Source: a virus
Taxonomy: Duplodnaviria > Heunggongvirae > Uroviricota > Caudoviricetes
DNA: 64,000 bases
IMG/VR virus record: IMGVR_UViG_2534682349_000001
Strand: one strand, 5' to 3'
The notes under the pieces are model-generated. The model saw nothing but the letters and a program-made list of their open reading frames with translations. It was not told the DNA's origin and did not search any database. Both the position numbers and the translations under genes were made by a program. Positions 48,076 through 57,408 of this stretch are shown here, piece after piece (the stretch's first letter is position 1; each line of letters opens with the position of its first letter).

Positions 48076-48441
48076 CTATAATTTCATATATCCTCTAGAA
48101 ACAGTTAGATCAGCTAATTTAATACTAAAATTATCAAAATAATCTCGATCATTAATACTTAAATCAGAATATGGAGTACTATCAAGCCCACCAAATGATA
48201 ATTTTGAAATAATATCTTTGGTAATTTCCACACGTGTATTATTTTTATCCCAGCCAGCAGCAATATTCTCTAACCAATCATCATTTAATTCGTAAGCACG
48301 AATTCCACCTTCGGGAGCAATAACGCAAAGAAAATTCTTTCCAACGTTACTATTCAAAATTTTCCCAGTTACGCCCATATAGCCACATAGGTTGCTAAAA
48401 ATCTCTACTGCATCATCAATTAATGTTCTATGTTTCCACAT
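48076..48441 (-). CDS. hypothetical protein
   Basis: 121-aa ORF. Confidence 0.4.
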   Translation of the reverse strand: MWKHRTLIDDAVEIFSNLCGYMGVTGKILNSNVGKNFLCVIAPEGGIRAYELNDDWLENIAAGWDKNNTRVEITKDIISKLSFGGLDSTPYSDLSINDRDYFDNFSIKLADLTVSRGYMKL

Positions 48442-48710
48442 AATTTTCTCCTCCTACATAAATAAATCTGCAATTGCTACCAATAAGCACGTTAACAATA
48501 ATCCGACCTTTACAAAATTAAAGGCAAAGCCTAATTCTTCACCGATTCGATTAATTAAATTCATAATATGTTTCCTCCTAAATAATAAAGACTTCATTTG
48601 AATGCTGCCTAGTTTCCTCACTAAACATAATTCAAATGAAGTCTTTTAACTTCTATTAAAATTTCTTTTGCAAAAAACGTTTTATAAAGAAAGACCACCG
48701 TTGATATAAA

Positions 48711-49124
48711 TTAGTGGTGGTCTTGCTCTTTGATTCGACTTGAATGTTCTTTTAAGAACTTTGCTACTTTAAGCATAATTTCTTCGGTATCATCCTGTGT
48801 AGTAATACCAAGCATTAAAGCTATACCCTCATCCTTAGTAACTTTGAGATGATAATCATTTTTCATTAAGAACAGCTTTGTAGCAACGTAAGCTGTTCTT
48901 TTATTTCCATCAGAAAATATATGCTTTTTTGTAATCTTCTGCATTACATACGCGGCTTTAACCCAAATTGTTGGGTATAATTCCGCACCAAAAACAACCA
49001 TCTGTGGCTGTTCAACTACTAAACTTAAACCTTCCGGGTATTGTAGCCCATAAACTCCTTCACCCGCTTTTCTAATCACTTGTTTATTTACAGCTAAAAT
49101 TTCTTTTTCTGTTAAATATTCCAT
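48711..49124 (-). CDS. doc: Doc (Fic-family) toxin
   Basis: Fic/Doc motif HIFSDGNKRTAYVATKLFL (HxFx[D]GNKR). 137 aa. Preceded by a small AbrB-type gene with a 1-nt intergenic gap. Confidence 0.8.
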   Translation of the reverse strand: MEYLTEKEILAVNKQVIRKAGEGVYGLQYPEGLSLVVEQPQMVVFGAELYPTIWVKAAYVMQKITKKHIFSDGNKRTAYVATKLFLMKNDYHLKVTKDEGIALMLGITTQDDTEEIMLKVAKFLKEHSSRIKEQDHH

Positions 49125-49125
49125 A

Positions 49126-49371
49126 CTACAAATCCTTGAGAGCGTCTATTAAATCGGAGTCTTCATCGAAAATTTTATCTATCATTTTCTGTGTATCTTT
49201 ACTTATACTTTCTTTCTTTTTAAATGTTATTACTCGACCATCGGAAGAAATATCTTTTTCATATTCGTCACCTAGTTGAGCGTGCATTTTTTCTTTGTCA
49301 CTCTTGGTCAATCGTAAACCAAATGAATTTCCAGACTTAAAAAATTTTGAATTTTCATGAATTTCTTGCAT
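49126..49371 (-). CDS. antitoxin, AbrB/MazE (SpoVT-AbrB) fold, Phd-equivalent
   Basis: SKFFKSGNSFGLRLTK swapped-hairpin-like segment. 81 aa. Directly upstream of Doc. Confidence 0.6.
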   Translation of the reverse strand: MQEIHENSKFFKSGNSFGLRLTKSDKEKMHAQLGDEYEKDISSDGRVITFKKKESISKDTQKMIDKIFDEDSDLIDALKDL

Positions 49372-49455
49372 AATATCACCTCGTAATTACATTATAGCAT
49401 ATTAGTGATTACAATTTCTCCAATTCTTACTTTTGTAAAAGACGTGTTTTACCGA

Positions 49456-49650
49456 TTATACAAATTGATCTAAGACTTTCGTTTGCTCTTCTTTGTTAAT
49501 TCCTAGTTCATATTGGGTGTAGTCATTAAACACTCCATTCTCTGCACTATCTTTTAATGCCTCCAGAACCACAGTAACTTCAAATGGTGATAATTTTCGG
49601 TCGTTAATAATAATTTCTGTATCGTATAACCTCATGATAATTTTCTCCAT
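49456..49650 (-). CDS. hypothetical protein
   Basis: 64-aa ORF. Confidence 0.4.
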   Translation of the reverse strand: MEKIIMRLYDTEIIINDRKLSPFEVTVVLEALKDSAENGVFNDYTQYELGINKEEQTKVLDQFV

Positions 49651-49651
49651 T

Positions 49652-49954
49652 CTAGTAATCGTTCATTAATTCATCAATACTACTTTCAATACTTTCCTCT
49701 ATAGCTGTTGAAATATGTACACCATTATCTTCAACGCAAGTTACAACCCATTCTGCTACAGCAATAATTCGCTCATCACTTACTAGAATACTTTCTTTAT
49801 TTAACTCGTCTACAATCATTTCCTCAAAATCGTCAATCGTGACATCGTCATCATTCTTACCTTCGCCAAATTCTTTAAGTGCTGTTTGTGCTTGAAGTAA
49901 AGCTTCTGCCAATTGTTCTTGAATATCAATCTTAACCATTATAATTTCCTCCAA
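49652..49954 (-). CDS. hypothetical acidic protein
   Basis: 100-aa ORF. Confidence 0.45.
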   Translation of the reverse strand: MEEIIMVKIDIQEQLAEALLQAQTALKEFGEGKNDDDVTIDDFEEMIVDELNKESILVSDERIIAVAEWVVTCVEDNGVHISTAIEESIESSIDELMNDY

Positions 49955-49978
49955 TTCTTACGTTTCTAAAATGTCTAT

Positions 49979-50239
49979 TTACTTAGACCGAACAGGATAT
50001 TCTGAAATAATCAACTTACCGTCTAACGGTTGTGTTGAAGTTTCAATGTGAATTTCTTGTGCTGTTTTTCCTCGACCCCAAGTAAACTCCTCATCGCCAG
50101 TCCACTCACGATATTTTTCTTCTGCAAACTTCTCAGTGGCAAGTACATTATCAAATACTCCAATGACGCCCCATGTTTTACCTAATTCTGACTTAACCAA
50201 CCAAACCTTTTGCCCTGTTAAATTTTCCATTTTATTCAC
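49979..50239 (-). CDS. hypothetical protein
   Basis: 86-aa ORF. Confidence 0.4.
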   Translation of the reverse strand: MNKMENLTGQKVWLVKSELGKTWGVIGVFDNVLATEKFAEEKYREWTGDEEFTWGRGKTAQEIHIETSTQPLDGKLIISEYPVRSK

Positions 50240-50484
50240 TCTCCTAAAATTTCTTTTTCTTCTAACCGTTCTACTTTATATCCATAGTTTTCTAACGATT
50301 GAATTGCATCTGATAAGGTCATTTCAATTCCTAACCCTAATGAGGAACCCCACTTTATTAATTCTTGTTCATTAACTCGCTCACGGAATCCATCGCCAGT
50401 GTCAATTAAAAATCTCACTCTAAAATCACCACCAAAAATTCTTTTAGTACAAACGAATAGGGCAAACCAAACCAAGTCCACCAT
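50236..50484 (-). CDS. hypothetical protein
   Basis: 82-aa ORF. Confidence 0.4.
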   Translation of the reverse strand: MVDLVWFALFVCTKRIFGGDFRVRFLIDTGDGFRERVNEQELIKWGSSLGLGIEMTLSDAIQSLENYGYKVERLEEKEILGE

Positions 50485-50574
50485 TTTCTCGTGAAATTGT
50501 GAATGGACGGTAAGTATTTTGGTAGAATCTAAATGTTAGATTTTCTCGACTACTAAGATGTTGTAAACGTTGCT

Positions 50575-51255
50575 TTAATTTTTTATGTTGAAATTAATTT
50601 CAAACTCACCTTCTACTTCTACATTAGTGACTGCGAGTGGGAACTCTAAATCTTTTCTCCCATCAAAGTATTCAAGTTTTACTACATTACCTTTTACCAA
50701 AAGTGCTCCTACATCAGACTTTTTTACTATTTCTTTCAACACTGGAAAAATTTCTTTTTGTTGTACATCAAACTTAACGGTTGCATCATTAAGGTATGGT
50801 GTAACTCGTACTAAATCTGGATAACCAAACACACTTATATTTCCTCGGCTGTCATCAATAAATTCTTCACCACCGCCAACGATTGAAATAATTCCCTTGT
50901 ACTTTCCATCATTAAATTGAGGGTAAACTCCCAATGTCTTCCCGTATTTCGTCGGTGTCTTAGATAAATTCTTTGCAAACTTACCATCAATTAAAAATTC
51001 TTTACCAACTAACTCATCTGGAATACTTGCTGCTACATTTGCTCGCTCCAGTACATGGCTATCAGTTGCTTCTAAAATCAAATTATTTTCTGTAACTCGA
51101 ACATGTACGAATGTTAAGTTAGGACGGCGATCAGATGGCTTAGCAACTGCCGTTGCCACTTGTCGTAATTCTTTCAAAAATTCTTTTGCATTTACAAAAA
51201 TACCGTTATCTTTACTAATAGTTGCTACGTTGTTTAATAGTGTTTGTGTATTCAT
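50575..51255 (-). CDS. hypothetical protein (226 aa)
   Basis: Long ORF in the early-type block. Confidence 0.45.
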   Translation of the reverse strand: MNTQTLLNNVATISKDNGIFVNAKEFLKELRQVATAVAKPSDRRPNLTFVHVRVTENNLILEATDSHVLERANVAASIPDELVGKEFLIDGKFAKNLSKTPTKYGKTLGVYPQFNDGKYKGIISIVGGGEEFIDDSRGNISVFGYPDLVRVTPYLNDATVKFDVQQKEIFPVLKEIVKKSDVGALLVKGNVVKLEYFDGRKDLEFPLAVTNVEVEGEFEINFNIKN

Positions 51256-51317
51256 GATAATTACCTCTTAATAGTGAATTTATTTTTAATAGTGTTTTAG
51301 TTAGGATAATTTCTTTT

Positions 51318-51590
51318 CTATGCAACTTTTATAATCTCTAAATGATCAAGTTGAATTTCAGTTGGTTCAGTTTCATTCGGATAATCATTGTCTCCGATCC
51401 ACTCTGCAATATAGTGTCCCTTTAATTTCATTCCCCACATATCAATGGCAAACTCACAAAATTCTCCATCGGGAATATCTGAATTATGCTCGTTATTAAT
51501 TGCGCACCAAAAAGCCACATTAAAATCATCAATATTTTTCTCCGTGACAATTCCGCGACTTTTCTCAATAACCAAATCATTCCAACTCAT
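51318..51590 (-). CDS. hypothetical protein
   Basis: 90-aa ORF. Confidence 0.4.
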   Translation of the reverse strand: MSWNDLVIEKSRGIVTEKNIDDFNVAFWCAINNEHNSDIPDGEFCEFAIDMWGMKLKGHYIAEWIGDNDYPNETEPTEIQLDHLEIIKVA

Positions 51591-51612
51591 TTTCTATTTC
51601 CTCCAAAATTTC

Positions 51613-51900
51613 TTAATCCTGGAACAATACTGAATAGTCATCTGCTGTTTTATCTATATATTTTTCAGCATATTCAACTTCGTCATTAATTTTCTCTCCG
51701 TTGAGTAGTGGCAAACCCTCACCACCTAACCAATTATCAAATTCTTCGGCGCTCAAAACTGTACACATCAATTCTTCAATACCCTGACAGATAATTGTCT
51801 CGTTCTCCTCTTCAACAACAAAATTCAGAATGTAAAAGTCACCTTGGAGTTCATTAATTCCCGCAAATTTGATAGTCATTTCCAATTTCCTCACTTTCAC
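51613..51900 (-). CDS. hypothetical acidic protein
   Basis: 95-aa ORF. Confidence 0.4.
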   Translation of the reverse strand: MKVRKLEMTIKFAGINELQGDFYILNFVVEEENETIICQGIEELMCTVLSAEEFDNWLGGEGLPLLNGEKINDEVEYAEKYIDKTADDYSVLFQD

Positions 51901-51959
51901 GAATGCTGTTACATCAACGTTTATAACACTAAAGTTTCTTTATAAAATACATATTTTAT

Positions 51960-52241
51960 CTAAATTGATAGATAGCTCAATTTTTCTCTAACAATTTCAT
52001 CTTTTACCCGTATTGCCTTTTCCCAAACACTTTCACTACATGGATATTTGTAACCTGCAAACTTGATCGCATTAACTATTTCGGTGTAGTAAGATGAACA
52101 CCCCGTAGTTGCATACCATTCAGCAACTCCACCCATGAAATCAATTTGACTTTGAGGCATCTGCTTGATTTCGTCGATATAATCAAAATTGATTTCGATT
52201 ACCTTCTTTAAGTAGTTTTTCATTTTATCTAATTTACTCAT
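51960..52241 (-). CDS. hypothetical protein
   Basis: 93-aa ORF. Confidence 0.4.
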   Translation of the reverse strand: MSKLDKMKNYLKKVIEINFDYIDEIKQMPQSQIDFMGGVAEWYATTGCSSYYTEIVNAIKFAGYKYPCSESVWEKAIRVKDEIVREKLSYLSI

Positions 52242-52268
52242 TTTCTATTTCCTCCAATTCTGTAATTT

Positions 52269-52541
52269 TTAATACTGGGCACCAATTAGCCACCATTTAC
52301 TTCCAGGTAAATCTTCATCATCTCTCCAATTTCCTGACTGGCTATCAATAAATGAACGATAATCACTATCGTTTTCATATTGTTCCCGATCGACTTCCTC
52401 ACAACCAATTGCTTCATATTCGTAACCTAAATAACCGGCATTTACGATTTTTGTTGCTAATTCCTCATCGCCACTAACTTCCCACTGTACCAACCAATCG
52501 AATAAGGTTTTCTGGTTTTTTGTCCAAATTGATTTTTCCAT
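52269..52541 (-). CDS. hypothetical acidic protein
   Basis: 90-aa ORF. Confidence 0.4.
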   Translation of the reverse strand: MEKSIWTKNQKTLFDWLVQWEVSGDEELATKIVNAGYLGYEYEAIGCEEVDREQYENDSDYRSFIDSQSGNWRDDEDLPGSKWWLIGAQY

Positions 52542-52580
52542 TTTTAATTTCCTCCGTTTATCTAAAAATTCTTTTCGCTT

Positions 52581-52952
52581 CTACCAATTAGGAAAAACAT
52601 ATTTTTCTTTAACAATAGTTGTTTGACTAACGGGCATTGCTCCGGCAATACCAACTAATTTATGCTTTTCTACACTTTCACCATCTTCTTGTGGATAGGC
52701 AAACACTTGAATATCCTCGGTTTCCTCGTCGTCCATATCCTCAATGTATTCCAGCAATTCATTTTCGTCGTAAAACCCTTCAAGTTCATTACCGAACCAA
52801 TCGCAAATACTGAAATACCAGGACTTACGAATTAACTCACCATCAAAGTAGTCGTCTGGCTTAATCCATTTGAAGGTAACAGGATAATTTTCTCGGCGAT
52901 AGTGTAATTTCTTCATGATAAATTCCTCCTTGATAATTTCTTTTCTAGTCAA
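52581..52952 (-). CDS. hypothetical acidic protein
   Basis: 123-aa ORF. Confidence 0.4.
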   Translation of the reverse strand: MTRKEIIKEEFIMKKLHYRRENYPVTFKWIKPDDYFDGELIRKSWYFSICDWFGNELEGFYDENELLEYIEDMDDEETEDIQVFAYPQEDGESVEKHKLVGIAGAMPVSQTTIVKEKYVFPNW

Positions 52953-53255
52953 CTATGGTTCTACAAACTTATCTAATCGTTCACGGTCAATGTTGATAAT
53001 ATACATACCCATATCAACACTGTACTCAATACTGTTAAGCATTCGCCAAAATACCAAGCCCGCTCGTGCGGAATTCATTTTTTCTGCATAATTACTAATT
53101 TTCTCAATAAACAGTTCTAATAACTCCTTTGGTGTAGCTCCTGCTAGAATAATTTCTTCATCCAGGTAAATAACATCGTCATCAAGTTGTGCTGTTGTTG
53201 TGATACAATCCTTCTTAATTTTCTCAAGTGCGTTATCAGTCCAAGCCATTTCCAT
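52953..53255 (-). CDS. hypothetical protein
   Basis: 100-aa ORF. Confidence 0.4.
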   Translation of the reverse strand: MEMAWTDNALEKIKKDCITTTAQLDDDVIYLDEEIILAGATPKELLELFIEKISNYAEKMNSARAGLVFWRMLNSIEYSVDMGMYIINIDRERLDKFVEP

Positions 53256-53309
53256 TTCCTCCAGTTAGTTAATTTATTTTCTGTTCAGTAATTAATAGTG
53301 ATAATTTCT

Positions 53310-53639
53310 TTATTTCTTAACGTTGACCAATTCAATACCATCAGCGCCTTCACCCTGTTGCCCCACAATTTTTTGTGACTTATCAGTAGGAACAACAACA
53401 AGGGTGTAATCACCATCGCCTTGATCGTGGTACTCAACCTCGAAATTCTGAGTTTTAATAGTGTCGTCATTCTTGAGCGATAAATTCTTTTGCTTGTGAC
53501 CAATAGTCTTACTAATAATTTTTGCTTCACTATGCATCGTGATTGCGTCTGAGCGTGATTCACATGATGAAATAATCCAGCCGGTAACGCTTACGATAGT
53601 TGTTAGGGTTAATACGATTAGTGCAATATTTTTCTTCAT
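53310..53639 (-). CDS. putative lipoprotein
   Basis: Signal peptide with lipobox IISSC. Confidence 0.45.
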   Translation of the reverse strand: MKKNIALIVLTLTTIVSVTGWIISSCESRSDAITMHSEAKIISKTIGHKQKNLSLKNDDTIKTQNFEVEYHDQGDGDYTLVVVPTDKSQKIVGQQGEGADGIELVNVKK

Positions 53640-53674
53640 GGTTATTTGTCCTCCGAGTGGTTGTATTGTGTGGT

Positions 53675-54208
53675 TTATAGATTTTCTTCTTTAAATTGAT
53701 TAATGATTTCACTTGCATGATTGTTAAGCATTTCTTGGCATTGATGTTCGCTCATGCTTTCAAAGTTACCCACTTCATTAATGAAAAAGTAATCATCGTC
53801 CCAGCTTTGAATTTTGCCAAAGTATGTGGCACGCGCTGCCTCTACTGGATCAATTCCTAACTCTGTGATTAATTCATCAAGGCTTTCGGTCATGTAATCA
53901 GGTAAGTATAAGTTTTGCTTACTTTGGCTATCTAGTGAATTGAATACCTCCTCAATAGTGTCATAATTTTCCAGTGCTTTAGCCAATTCATTTAACCGAT
54001 ATAAGCTATCGTATTCACTAATTGCGAATGGTGCTTCATAGTCGCTGATAAACCATTCATCGTGGTAACCTTGCTTGCTATCACCGCCCAGGTCTAACTT
54101 GTCCAAAATATCCTTGTTTACGTCATCAACTGGCAAAGTTGTCCATTGTCCAGTAAGTTCACCATCGTTGTACTTCGCTAAGTTTGAAACAAATACGTTA
54201 ATTTTCAT
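53675..54208 (-). CDS. hypothetical acidic protein (177 aa)
   Basis: ORF preceded by a conserved promoter-like motif. Confidence 0.45.
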   Translation of the reverse strand: MKINVFVSNLAKYNDGELTGQWTTLPVDDVNKDILDKLDLGGDSKQGYHDEWFISDYEAPFAISEYDSLYRLNELAKALENYDTIEEVFNSLDSQSKQNLYLPDYMTESLDELITELGIDPVEAARATYFGKIQSWDDDYFFINEVGNFESMSEHQCQEMLNNHASEIINQFKEENL

Positions 54209-54214
54209 GATATT

Positions 54215-54251
54215 TACCCCTTAATTAATATATTTTAGTATTTTCGTTGTG
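54215..54251 (-). promoter_or_regulatory. conserved promoter-like motif (TCACAACGAAAATACTAAAATATATT)
   Basis: Copy 5. Confidence 0.4.
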
Positions 54252-54271
54252 ATTAATAGTGTAAGATTACA

Positions 54272-54484
54272 TTAGTTTAGTAAGTTCGTCAATAGTGCCC
54301 GTAAAAGCGGGAGGGTCACTGCAATAACAATAACTGTAATGAATACAGCTAAAATACTGTACTTCTTAAACTTGATGAGCTTTTCGCTATCCTGTTCTAA
54401 TTGCTTAATGTATTCAGGATCAACCAACTTGTAATCCTGTTCAGCGTATTTCTGTAGTTCCTTTTGTGACATCATAATTATCAA
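54272..54484 (-). CDS. small membrane protein
   Basis: C-terminal transmembrane helix. First gene downstream of the tandem promoter array and its leader. Confidence 0.45.
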   Translation of the reverse strand: MIIMMSQKELQKYAEQDYKLVDPEYIKQLEQDSEKLIKFKKYSILAVFITVIVIAVTLPLLRALLTNLLN

Positions 54485-55030
54485 AACCCTTCTAATTTGT
54501 TTCAGCGGTTATTATTAATCGCTTTATATAGAGTCTTATCGTGCTGATAAGGCTCTCTAAAAACAATTAATAGTGTTCGTTAAGTGTCGTCAGTGTTTGT
54601 ATGTATAAACCCCGTCCAGTTCAAGCCCCACTTAATAGGCTAATCTTCCCCTTTTATGGTTCATACTCACGATTTATATGCTGCCACCATATAACCCGCC
54701 TTGCATTCGCTATCCAGTTTTCAAGCATTTCACTCAGTCCGTGGTAGTGTTTGCAAGTTTTATTTAATTTTCAAGGTTCGCCGTTGTAATTATTTCCCAC
54801 TTTGTGGAGGTCATTCTTTAACGGTAACGTTTACGCCCAGTCTGTAGAATTAGCACCATGCTCTCCACGTGCCCTGATCTTTCACCCGTTGCATAGCCTT
54901 GTTGGGTAGCTTTCACCATAACCCTAGGTGATAATAACGCCTTATCCAGACCCTTTTCGGTACAGTCTTGATTGAGTTGCGACTTACTAACGTTTTTTGA
55001 ATTGGTAACTTTCCAATTAGTTTGAGTATT

Positions 55031-55490
55031 TTATATTATAGCGTGAACGCTATATAAACAACCCATTTTTTATTAATCGCTCAAGGCTTGCGATTGCTTG
55101 TTGTTTGATTGTGTTTATATTATAGCGTGAACGCTATAATGTGTCAAGCCTTAATTTTAGAATTTTTAGCGGTTGACCTTGAAGTCAAAGTTAGATACTC
55201 AAGTGAACTCACTGTTTAATTCATTTATTAAGTTTGCACCTTTATTATAGTGTGAACGCTATAACGCGTCAAGAAGTAATTTTGATTAATTTTTATCGCC
55301 TAGGCTAGTTCGGTGACTGCTCTTTATTGCGATTAGTCGTTAATCAACTTTACGGCTTTTATTATAGCGTGAACGTTATAAATTGTCAACACCTTTTTCA
55401 AATTATTTTTTGAAGTTCGATGTTTAATTGTTGCCGTTGTCCTTTTGACGATTTTAATTATATAGCGTGAACACTATAAAGTCAACTATA
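55031..55490 (-). promoter_or_regulatory. tandem array of sigma-A consensus promoters (five copies, four near-perfect), each with a TATAGCG-TGAAC-CGCTATA-type palindrome in the spacer, all firing leftward
   Basis: − strand reads TTGACA-cattatagcgttcacgc-TATAAT (55116–55150), TTGACG-N17-TATAAT (55241–55276), TTGACA-N17-TATAAT (55357–55393), TTGACT-N17-TATAAT (55455–55490) and a weaker TTGTTT copy (55031–55062). Spacing is about 110–120 bp. Confidence 0.6.
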
Positions 55491-55522
55491 AATTTAAAAT
55501 AAAAAACAATAGCGATAAAATG

Positions 55523-55759
55523 CTATTGTTGCAAATCCTTTAAACGTTGTTCTATATCAGAATGTAAGTCTTTTAAGTCTTTTATATATTGTATTCTGTT
55601 TTCATTGATTGCTTTTGCGCCTTTTGTATTTCCTTTAAGGTCTATTAAAACAAATGAGCGCGCCGCCCTTTTCTTTTGATTGTAAGTAACATTTAACGGA
55701 TTTTTTGCGTTCCAGTTGCTAACGGCTTTTAATTGCGCTTTACTCGTTTTGTTTTCCAT
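55523..55759 (-). CDS. small basic protein, paralog of 56355..56582
   Basis: Start MENKTSKAQLKAVSNWNAKNP... after an AAGAGG RBS. Shares the K..S.N.W..KN...V.Y pattern with the divergent + strand gene. Confidence 0.4.
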   Translation of the reverse strand: MENKTSKAQLKAVSNWNAKNPLNVTYNQKKRAARSFVLIDLKGNTKGAKAINENRIQYIKDLKDLHSDIEQRLKDLQQ

Positions 55760-56354
55760 TCTTTCGCCTCTTTTCGTTATAAAGTACACGTTATAATTAT
55801 TATAACATACTCACGCCCCTAACAGAATAGAAAATAACACCCCTTTATTTTTCTATATAAGGAAAGAAAAATATAATAGAAAAATTAGCAAACAAAAAAA
55901 TAAATATAGGTTGACTATTGATAATTATGTGTTATGATAATATACGTAAGCTATTAGAATAGCTTATCAACCCGCATCATCTACGGCTATTTTTATAGTG
56001 TAGAAAAGAGGTGTAAGCGTGGTTGATGGCGTTCTTAGCGCCTTTATGCATTTTTCAATCGCTTTATATATATTAAGTATTGCATTACTTAATTTACAAA
56101 AGTTTTATAAAAAATTGCATAAGAAAAAGCCAAAACGTAAAAATAAAAAACGTTAAGGCTTAAAATGCTTATATATCGAGGGAACGTGGCGCCGTTCCCT
56201 TTTTGTTAATTGTATAATACCACAATAAAAAGGGTGTGTAAAGTTATGCAAATTATTATAAATAGTTTAGTTTTATTAGTTAGTATTTTTTTAGTTATGT
56301 TGAGTGTTCTCAATTTTAGAAAGTTTATTAAAAAATTAAAGGGGTAATAATTAA

Positions 56355-56582
56355 GTGCCAAAGCCCAGAAAATTAACAGACAAACAACGAAAAGAAAGCG
56401 CAATTAATAGCGTTAAAAAGTGGGAATCTAAAAATAAAGATAAAGTAAATTATTATCAATATAAAAGTAAGGCGGTAAACTTTATAAATAAAAAATCTAC
56501 TGAAGAAGATTTAATTTTCTTAAAAAATTTGATTGATAATAAATTACTGGAATTAAAAAATAAAGATAACGATATAGGGTAG
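56355..56582 (+). CDS. small basic protein, paralog of 55523..55759
   Basis: GTG start after an AAAGGGG RBS. Begins (M)PKPRKLTDKQRKESAINSVKKWESKNKDKVNYYQYK. Confidence 0.4.
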   Translation: MPKPRKLTDKQRKESAINSVKKWESKNKDKVNYYQYKSKAVNFINKKSTEEDLIFLKNLIDNKLLELKNKDNDIG

Positions 56583-56599
56583 CACGTTAATATATAGCG

Positions 56600-57290
56600 T
56601 GTTGCCCTTTTGTATTGCGGTGATATGGTAGCGATTACATAATGATGTATATAGTGTAGCAGTATATAGGTAGTACAGTGATATGATGATGTGTGTAGTA
56701 GTGTGTATGATATTGATATGATAGTGTTATGCGTGTCTATGTATAGATGTATATAGGTTAGTGAGTGAGTAACGTTACATAGTGATGTATAGTGAAGTGA
56801 TGTGATAGTGTATTGATGTATATAATGTATTGAGTTAGTAACTGATTTACGTTTGTAGATATTAGATTGTCAAGGCGGAGAGTATAGTGTTGTGTAGCGT
56901 GATTAGTATGTTTGATATAGATGATAATGTTTTCATATGTTATTGTAATGATGGACCAAATGAATAGTATATTGATATGTATATGTATGTATAGAGTTGA
57001 TTGGTTAGTGAGTGAGTTTGGTGTACAGTGTTATGTATTATATTAGGGGTGTGGATTGAGTTACTAAGTGAGTGAATTTATTATTGTTTTGGTGAGCGGT
57101 TATGGTGTGATGTAATTAGTGAATTTATTTGGCGGTGTGAAGTGTGTTTTACTGGGTGTAGTGTTAGGTTGTTAAGGCGTGAAGTGGTGTGTATTAATTA
57201 GGTGTTTGGTGTGATATGTGTGGATGGGTGTTATTGAGTGTGAAGTGTGTTTGATTGTGTGATAGCTGATTACTATATACCAAATTCGAT
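56600..57290 (+). repeat. about 650–700-bp cytosine-depleted, GT/GA-rich low-complexity tract with degenerate short repeats (GTGAGTGAGT, GATATG, TGTATA)
   Basis: The + strand contains only a handful of C residues across about 650 bp. No ORF of 60 aa or more on either strand. Confidence 0.6.
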
Positions 57291-57377
57291 ATATTTAAAT
57301 TAGTGAAAAAGCACCCTACCTCTCAACTGAAATAAATATATTAAGTTTACAACTGTAACCCCTTATAAATAATAATC

Positions 57378-57408
57378 GCCCTTATCAAAAGATAGGGGCT
57401 TTCTTTTT
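57378..57408 (+). terminator. rho-independent terminator
   Basis: gcccttatc-aaaa-gataggggc stem-loop followed by tttcttttt. Confidence 0.6.

Noticed and set aside
54485-55030. Possible tmRNA-like tag ORF (GCA AAC ACU ACC ACG GAC UGA) in the leader downstream of the promoter array.
   Set aside because: The peptide ANTTTD lacks the conserved ALAA terminus. No tRNA-like acceptor or T-arm pairing flanks it. Kept only as part of the candidate structured-leader finding.
55031-55490. Regularly spaced roughly 30-bp palindromic repeats that might be taken for a CRISPR array.
   Set aside because: Each repeat consists of −35 and −10 hexamers at consensus spacing, so these are promoters. The repeat period is about 115 bp with roughly 85-bp inter-repeat segments that resemble one another. 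No cas genes are present. This does not fit CRISPR repeat/spacer geometry.
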